The translations under genes were made by a program, and so were the position numbers. DNA of 40,018 nucleotides, from positions 37,238,092 to 37,278,109 of the forward strand of contig NC_057726.1 in assembly GCF_004010195.1 (NCBI RefSeq). Reading direction: 5' to 3'. This document shows, one piece after another, positions 36,601 to 40,018 of this stretch (positions within the stretch are counted from its first letter, which is position 1; each line of letters begins with the position of its first letter). The notes below the pieces were generated by a model. The model saw nothing but the letters and a program-made list of their open reading frames with translations, ran no database searches and had not been told where the DNA came from. Origin of the DNA: Chiloscyllium plagiosum (Eukaryota).

Positions 36601-38133
36601 TTAATACAAGTCCGATGTCTCCCCCCTCCGCCCCATCCACACCTCCAGCCAGATGAGCAGAGGCATTAAGTCGTGATGTGGGTGGGAGAGAAGGAAGGGG
36701 AGGGGAGAGGCGGGCAAGTTTGGCTGCCATTGGGTTGAGGGGGCCATGCTGTCAGCTGCCATTGCAAAATCAGACAGAAGCTTGTTTCGGGTTGAGCTGG
36801 ACACATACAATTTGCCTGTTTTGGCTTGAACTTACACTTTAAAAAAATCTGTCTCTTTGGTGAAAGTCACTTGCTACATTAGAAAGTGGCAAAATGACAC
36901 TGCACCTCAAACAAATATATTAAATATGCTCTCCACAGATGATGCCAGACCTGCTGAGTTTTTACAGCAATTTCTGTTTTTGTTTCTGATTTACACCATC
37001 CATAGCTCTTTCGATTTTTATTTAGTATTAAATCTGCTATTTTGCAGGGCTCTTCATCTCGGTGAATTTGCAGCGAGCTGTATGGACAAGACAGGTCAAA
37101 TTGTGACTTTTCTTCACTGTAACAATTCTGTGATTACAGGTGACTTTAATGCATTCAGTTCTCAATATCCGTGAGGGATTGGGGCATGAACTTCCCATGT
37201 ATAACAATAAGCACGATACCACTCCTATGTACCTCAAAGGACCGCAATGTTTACTGAGGCAAACTGGGTGAGACAATGGGATAAAAAGAGGTCTGGGGTA
37301 GACTTCACAAGTTCGAGGGTAGCAGATAGCAAGGCGTGAGCACACCACAGGAAGTTTTGAAGGGCTCAAATACATATTTGAATACTGCAGTGACTCTTTT
37401 GGAGGTTAATAGATAATTACTTAAATTTACTGAGTGCTGTCGCTTCAGGATAATATTTCTTGTCAGATTCATAACAGAGAGAGTTTGAAGCTTGCGCAAG
37501 AAAGAAACCAATTCAAGGCAGACATGTCTGATGGACGAAGGGAAAAACCAAAACTGACAAATTACAATATAGTAGCCAGAACTCTTTCACTTGTTTGCAA
37601 GTCACTCTGTAGGTTAGCCTTGGCTAGGGTGATGTGCTTCCTCTCCAAAAGGTGAATTTTTAACCAAACAACAGTAGTTACAGAGTCACTGTTTAGCTAG
37701 CTGTTATACTGAATTCAAACTTCACTATCTGCTATAGTAATATCTAAAGCAATGTCCACATCTCAGGATGCTGTTCTGGATTACTTGTCCAAAGACACTA
37801 AGACTATGCCACTGTTTCCTTATTTTCTCTCCCTCCTGAAGAAAAATAACTTCAGAAACCACTGTAGTCTTTAGATATTTAATTGTTTTGAGTAATGTGC
37901 AACATACCAAATATCATATTTATTGCTTCACTAAAAGAACTTTCATCAAAATATATATTTCCCCTTTCTAAGCCTGAAATGAAGGCCTACACTTCACATC
38001 ACCCCTTTCATATCCGAAAAGCTACAAAGAAATGACTTCCTTGTTTATAGTAACAGAGAGATAAAGCAATTCTCCACTTACCCGCTAAGGGGACAAAACA
38101 AAATATAATCAGTTCTACTAAAAAGCAATTCAT
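564..38133 (-). CDS. Spliced gene, 3'-incomplete: type I membrane protein SP-IgV-IgC1-TM-(cytoplasmic IgC1-like)-CARD-NACHT-LRR. Exons: 38133-38082, 36369-36031, 25003-24674, 22881-22771, 19542-19108, 14431-13994, 12814-11086, 7768-7682, 3280-3197, 3064-2981, 1677-1594, 647-564
   Basis: Manual splicing: every intron is GT..AG and phases match (1,1,1,1,1,1,2,2,2,2,2), with no stop in 3857 nt. The individual exons are well supported. Their joining into one transcript, especially 19108 to 14431, is inference. Confidence 0.8.
1594..1677 (-). CDS. Exon 11: LRR (GLQFNKIGDEGAMYMAEAMKKNRSLVELR)
   Basis: 84 nt, phase 2-2, TTTCAG/GTAAGT; not in the ORF track. Confidence 0.93.
2981..3064 (-). CDS. Exon 10: LRR (GLRANSVRAKGARSIAEALEMNTTLRVFG)
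   Basis: 84 nt, phase 2-2, CACTAG/GTATTG. Confidence 0.92.
3197..3280 (-). CDS. Exon 9: LRR (RLKHNSIQEKGAAQIADALKTNSSLKTLG)
   Basis: 84 nt, phase 2-2, CACAG/GTATGT; NLRC3/NOD-type 28-aa LRR exon. Confidence 0.93.
3732..7083 (-). mobile_element. Long 5'-truncated CR1-clade LINE (ORF1 SGNH-esterase part, ORF2 APE endonuclease + RT), frameshifted
   Basis: ORF1-like VCYFPGARIKDV...VIVHIGTNNV; endonuclease YFNARGL...VAITETWL; RT YLDFSKAFDK, GVPQGSVLGPLLF, KFADDTK, LVRPLLECCMQFWSP. Short-repeat tail (catagtcatag) near 3740. Confidence 0.93.
7682..7768 (-). CDS. Exon 8: LRR (SLEGNMLEDEGAEIIANALRSKTCRIEILR)
   Basis: 87 nt, phase 2-2, CACAG/GTAAAT; ribonuclease-inhibitor-type LRR of NLRs. Confidence 0.92.
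7890..8960. repeat. Old degenerate interspersed repeat (LINE/SINE-like)
   Basis: Resembles common elasmobranch retroelement-derived sequence (recalled similarity only); no intact motif; boundaries approximate. Confidence 0.3.
10553..10916 (-). mobile_element. Penelope-like element 3' fragment/pLTR with 15-bp flanking duplication
   Basis: Shares the GTTGCTGGAAAAGCACAGCAGGTCAGGCAGCATCC terminus with other copies. Minus strand encodes the ORF end GTLQPHGINVDFTNF. Flanks AGCATCATTT[C/A]AATG at 10538-10552 and 10917-10931. Confidence 0.75.
11086..12814 (-). CDS. Exon 7: NACHT NTPase + HD1/WHD/HD2 + first LRR-like units (NOD1/NLRC3-like)
   Basis: TTACAG acceptor, AG|GTATTA donor, 1729 nt, phase 1-2. 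Walker A GVAGIGKS (12525-12548), FSFRELN, Walker B ILFLFDGLDE, sensor ILITSRP, EILGFS, LCYVP, FFHLTHQEFFAA, LRFTAGL, HCLYE. Confidence 0.96.
13994..14431 (-). CDS. Exon 6: CARD (death-fold) domain plus linker
   Basis: TTAACAG acceptor, GAAG|GTAGGC donor, 438 nt, phase 1-1. RRTVVNYI...LLNLLVNKKIISEDDHNAI...KGRTLLDMLSHRGQESCANFLNVL matches the CARD pattern of NOD1/NLRC-type proteins. Confidence 0.88.
16260..17430 (+). mobile_element. Degenerate CR1-like LINE 3' fragments interrupted by a SINE
   Basis: ERVFPLVGESLTRGHNLRV...MRRNFFS...LWDSL is the CR1 ORF2 C-terminus; boundaries approximate. Confidence 0.8.
16395..16670 (-). mobile_element. HE1/V-SINE-like SINE (partial)
   Basis: Reverse complement resembles the copy at 23642-23980 (TGTATGGAGTTTGCACATTCTCCC, GTGCAGGTTAGGTG core), with a CR1-like tail. 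Confidence 0.75.
18300..18910 (+). mobile_element. Degenerate L2-clade LINE 3' fragment
   Basis: Plus strand reads AAETVNHAFVTSSPDLSKTLL, a decayed form of the L2 'HAFVTSRLDYxNxLL' motif. Confidence 0.7.
19108..19542 (-). CDS. Exon 5: atypical C1-like Ig domain, predicted cytoplasmic, with a long internal insertion and F-strand Cys replaced by Phe
   Basis: TTTTTTTCAG acceptor, AAG|GTGAGT donor, 435 nt, phase 1-1. VAPKV...LACAVLWFKPKAVKVSW...GAYSLVSQLTF...IYSFEVQHDAL. Confidence 0.88.
19770..19942 (+). repeat. Possible solo-LTR-like remnant
   Basis: CCCTGATTGG/CCAATCAGGG short inverted CCAAT pair followed by AATAAA; termini not established. Confidence 0.3.
20220..21010 (+). mobile_element. 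Degenerate CR1-like LINE 3' end, host to a nested Penelope-derived palindrome
   Basis: YKLIRLQLECFLQFWNPQYRRDAIALERLQRRFTRIL; RTFFSTQGVMRICNSLP. Confidence 0.85.
20679..20883. mobile_element. Palindromic Penelope-pLTR-derived insertion
   Basis: Inverted arms about 68 bp centred on GAGGAA-AG-TTCCTC near 20815; ACTTGCAATGTGA duplicated at 20666-20678 and 20882-20894. Confidence 0.8.
21133..21343. mobile_element. Older palindromic Penelope-pLTR-derived insertion
   Basis: Imperfect inverted arms; TAACA[C/G]TAGAATCAGA duplicated at 21123-21138 and 21343-21358. Confidence 0.75.
22662..22694. repeat. About 33-bp Penelope-pLTR terminus fragment
   Basis: AAATGTGTTGCTGGAAAAGCGCAGCAGGTCA is identical to part of the copies near 20719-20749 and 26676-26706. 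Confidence 0.7.
22771..22881 (-). CDS. Exon 4: transmembrane exon GSNPRIRSGT-LFTFLLTFVITMAICFWTFIFC-NNQGK
   Basis: Acceptor TTTCTCTAG, donor AAG|GTAAAT, 111 nt, phase 1-1, open in the required frame. Contains 22 uncharged hydrophobic residues. Not in the ORF track. Confidence 0.88.
23490..23652. repeat. 60-bp perfect direct duplication flanking a 43-bp retroelement tail
   Basis: 23490-23549 equals 23593-23652; the insert is ATTAGATTAGATTACTTACAGTGTGGAAACAGGCCCTTCGGCC. Confidence 0.9.
23642..23980 (+). mobile_element. HE1/V-SINE-like tRNA-derived SINE
   Basis: tRNA-like head (GTTAGCACTGCTGCCTCACAG...GCTTGATTCC), V-domain-like core, and CR1-like tail (GATGGGCCAAATGGCCTC...GGATTCTATG). Confidence 0.8.
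24674..25003 (-). CDS. Exon 3: Ig C1-set domain
   Basis: TTTGTAG acceptor, GTAAGT donor, 330 nt, phase 1-1. APPTVSV...ICEMKNFYPKNHSIFW...NEDGTFNLLSFL...YVCKVIHEAL has the C1 hallmarks CxxxxFYP and YxCxVxH. Confidence 0.93.
26240..26630 (+). mobile_element. CR1-like RT fragment
   Basis: Reads DVIDLDFQKAFDKVLHRRLLNK...YINDL...FANDTK. Confidence 0.85.
26632..27306. mobile_element. Penelope-like element (GIY-YIG) fragment with internal inversion
   Basis: About 26632-26890 is the pLTR/3' end in minus orientation. About 26893-27306 on the plus strand encodes RTPLVLTYHP and PGTFPCNRKKCKTC...IIYCIRCTRCGLLYIGETGRLL (Cys linker + GIY-YIG). Confidence 0.88.
27307..29470 (-). mobile_element. CR1-like LINE ORF2 fragments (at least two pieces), degenerate
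   Basis: WAEKWQMEFNPNKC; VSLTSVVGKMLESII, YLDFQKTFDKVPH, LVRLHLEYCVQFWSP. Confidence 0.9.
29555..30160 (+). mobile_element. Degenerate CR1-like LINE 3' end
   Basis: TTCTTTAGCCAGAGGGTGGTGAATCAGTGGAAT (FFSQRVVNQWN) and a CR1 3' tail. Confidence 0.8.
30223..30480. repeat. Older Penelope-like terminal fragment (related copy in opposite orientation at about 36928-36995)
   Basis: GATGCTGGAGATCTGAAACAAAAACAG...CAGCAGGTCTGGCAGCATCTGTGG resembles the pLTR copies. Confidence 0.5.
31035..31312 (-). mobile_element. Short CR1-like 3' end with short-repeat tail
   Basis: TRGHSFKLRGGRYRTDARGRFFTQRVVSSWNALP; CATAGAA repeats at 31040-31065. Confidence 0.88.
32925..33689. other. Assembly gap (765 N) in the IgV-IgC1 intron
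   Basis: Run of N. Confidence 1.
33690..34315 (-). mobile_element. CR1-like LINE ORF1 end/ORF2 endonuclease start, truncated by the gap
   Basis: LKCVYFNARSIRNKVGEL...VAITETWL...GGGVALLVK...GVFYRPPN. Confidence 0.92.
35205..35640 (+). mobile_element. Degenerate CR1-like LINE 3' end
   Basis: Similar to 29700-30160. Confidence 0.75.
36031..36369 (-). CDS. Exon 2: Ig V-set domain (B7/NCR3LG1-like)
   Basis: TTGCAG acceptor, GTGAGT donor, 339 nt, phase 1-1. LGCTF...IEWNH...NASLLLKNVTIYDIGSYSCTV has the canonical B-strand Cys, C-strand Trp and DxGxYxC. Sequons NAS and NVT. Confidence 0.93.
38082..38133 (-). CDS. Exon 1: signal peptide MNCFLVELIIFCFVPLA
   Basis: ATG at 38133 (A at -3), 17 codons + 1 nt, hydrophobic core, donor G|GTAAGT. 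This is the typical phase-1 leader exon of Ig-superfamily genes. Confidence 0.85.
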
Positions 38134-38212
38134 TGTTCCATGCGTCTCAATTTAAAGCAGAATTAATGATAACAATACATATTCAACAAGCAAACTACAG
38201 CCCAACATCTTA

Positions 38213-38248
38213 GCGAAAACCAAAGCGAAAGCAAACAGCACAGGAAGT
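38213..38248. promoter_or_regulatory. Candidate IRF-element/ISRE-like motif plus Ets site upstream of exon 1
   Basis: GCGAAAACCAAAGCGAAAGC (38213-38232) and CAGGAAGT (38241-38248), 80-115 bp upstream of the ATG; motif match only. Confidence 0.45.
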
Positions 38249-38820
38249 TGCAAGTATGAACGCATTCATTTATGAAGGTTCCTGGTCCACCTCGAAAGTA
38301 ATCTGCGTGATAGCGATGAGCATTCGTAAACTAATGAGAAAAATCAGGTTTGCCAAAATCTTCATGAAAGGTGTGCTGTTTTAAAACGGACCATTACCAC
38401 GTGAAAAGAAAGAGATTTTGAAAGATAGAACTCCTTTATATCATAACATAGCAAATATCAAATAGCGAAAATCTGAGATAAAAACTGAAAATGCCGAACT
38501 ATTGAGAAGACACTGAGTAAACTCGGACAGGTTAATGATTCAAACTGAAATTCTGCAGAGGTGAAATAAATAATTTAAAAATAGTTAAAACAGAATTGTG
38601 AGAACTACAAATATACGAATATGAGAAAAGGAGAAACAAGGATGCAGATGAGTCTGAGGTATGGTGTGATATAACTTTGATCTCAAGAATCATGTATCAG
38701 AGACTCTGCTAGAGGATTTTACCAAAGCAACTGTAGGGCATAGATGTCTTCTGAGGTACTTCTACAGATCGTAAAAATACTGTTTGAACAAAGACCTTCA
38801 GGTCTAGTTGGAGATTATTG

Positions 38821-39028
38821 AAGTTGAAACTTTATTGCTGGAACAGCACAGCAGGTCAGGCAGCATCCAGGGAACAGGAGATTCGACGTTTCGGGCACAG
38901 GCCCTTCTGGGGCCTGTGCCCGAAACGTCGAATCTCCTGTTCCCTGGATGCTGCCTGACCTGCTGTGCTGTTCCAGCAATAAAGTTTCAACTTTGATCTC
39001 CAGCATCTGCAGACCTCACTTTCTCCTC
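38821..39028. mobile_element. Young palindromic Penelope-pLTR-derived insertion (perfect 84-bp arms)
   Basis: 38821-38904 is the exact reverse complement of 38910-38993 (loop TTCTG); GGAGATTATTGAA duplicated at 38810-38822 and 39029-39041. Confidence 0.88.
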
Positions 39029-39139
39029 GGAGATTATTGAAACAGATTAAACGTTAAACAAGATGTGCTATTTAAAAATCCACCAGATTCAGTTAAAGTT
39101 GGAAAAAGAGAAATTTTACATGAAGTAAAAACAAATAAA

Positions 39140-39330
39140 TACTGTGGCTGCAAGAGCAACTTAGAAGCTGGGAATTCCGCAGTACCTCGCTGCCTGAATT
39201 CTTCAACCCTGTCCATCAACTGCAAGGCACAAGTCAGAGGTGTGGTGGAATAATCCACACTTGGTTAGTTGGGTGCAGCTCCAACAACACTCAAGTAGCT
39301 TGACACCATCCAGGACTAAGCAGCCTGCTT
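39140..39330 (+). mobile_element. Degenerate LINE (CR1/L2-group) RT C-terminal fragment
   Basis: CKAQVRGVVE*S...GAAPTTLK*LDTIQ. Confidence 0.6.
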
Positions 39331-39628
39331 TCCTGTGAGATCCTTTATGCACGCCCGGACTCTCTGCCGCACCGCACGCTGCCCTCGAAGCGGCTGCAGG
39401 GTGGGGGGGGGAAACAAGACTGTCGCACACCTCCTTCTGGAATGTGCCTATGTAGAAGAAGTCTGGAGAGGAATGCAGTGGTGTTTGTTGAGGTTCGTCC
39501 CGAGCAGCGCCGTGACCTGGGACTCCGTGCTGTACGGTCTGTTCCCCGGGACGCACACCGAGACGAACATCAACTGTGCCTGGAGGATCATTAGCTCGGT
39601 GAAGGACGCTCTCTGGGTGGTCCAAAAC
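39331..39628 (+). mobile_element. Tx1/L1-clade LINE zinc-finger (zf-RVT) fragment
   Basis: ARCPRSGC...TVAHLLLECAYVEEVW...SVKDALW. Confidence 0.8.
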
Positions 39629-39632
39629 CTGA

Positions 39633-40018
39633 GTCTAGATTAGAATGGTGCTGGAAAAGCACAGCAGTTCCGGCAGCATCTGAGGAGCAGTAAAATCGAC
39701 GTTTTGGGCAAAAGCCCTTCATCAGGAATACAGGCAGAGTGCCTGAAGGGTGGAGAGATAAACGAGAGGAGAGTAGGTGTGGGGAGAAAGTAGCATAGAG
39801 TACAGTAGGTGAGTGGGATGGGGATGAAGGTGATTGGTCAGGGAGGAAGGTGGGGGAAGGTAGCAAAGAGTACAGTGGGTGGATGGGGGTGGGATGAAGG
39901 TGATAAGTCAGAGAGGAGGGTGGAGTGGATTGGTGGAAAAGAAGATAGGCCGGTAGGACAGGTCAAGGGGACAGTGCTGAGCTGGAAGTTTGGAATTGGG
40001 ATGTGGTGGGGGAAGGGG
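39633..40018 (-). mobile_element. Penelope-like pLTR/3' UTR running off the window
   Basis: GGTGCTGGAAAAGCACAGCAG...CCCTTCATCAGGAAT followed by a purine-rich tract similar to 10640-10860. Confidence 0.75.

Noticed and set aside
38808-39006. Near-identical 62/63-aa ORFs on opposite strands
   Set aside because: A consequence of the DNA palindrome, not genes.

Overview
Eukaryotic, intron-rich vertebrate DNA. HE1/V-SINE-like, CR1-like and Penelope-like repeats suggest an elasmobranch (inference). There is one assembly gap (32925-33689). Hand-splicing the minus strand gives one uninterrupted reading frame over 12 exons (38133 to 564; 3857 nt, about 1285 codons), still open at the left edge of the window. 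The architecture is signal peptide - IgV - IgC1 - transmembrane helix - a cytoplasmic C1-like Ig domain lacking its second Cys - CARD - NACHT - LRRs. This is a predicted type I membrane protein joining a B7/NCR3LG1(B7-H6)/tapasin-like ectodomain to a NOD1/NLRC3-like NLR, i.e. a candidate transmembrane 'receptor-NLR'. All splice sites are canonical GT-AG and all phases are compatible (phase 1 from signal exon to NACHT, phase 2 among LRR exons). The signal and TM exons and some LRR exons are missing from the supplied ORF track. The fusion is inferred from genomic sequence and needs transcript evidence, and I could not run searches to confirm novelty. The rest of the window is intronic or upstream retroelements: CR1, L2, Tx1, V-SINE, and Penelope pieces, several palindromic with target-site duplications and hammerhead-like cores.
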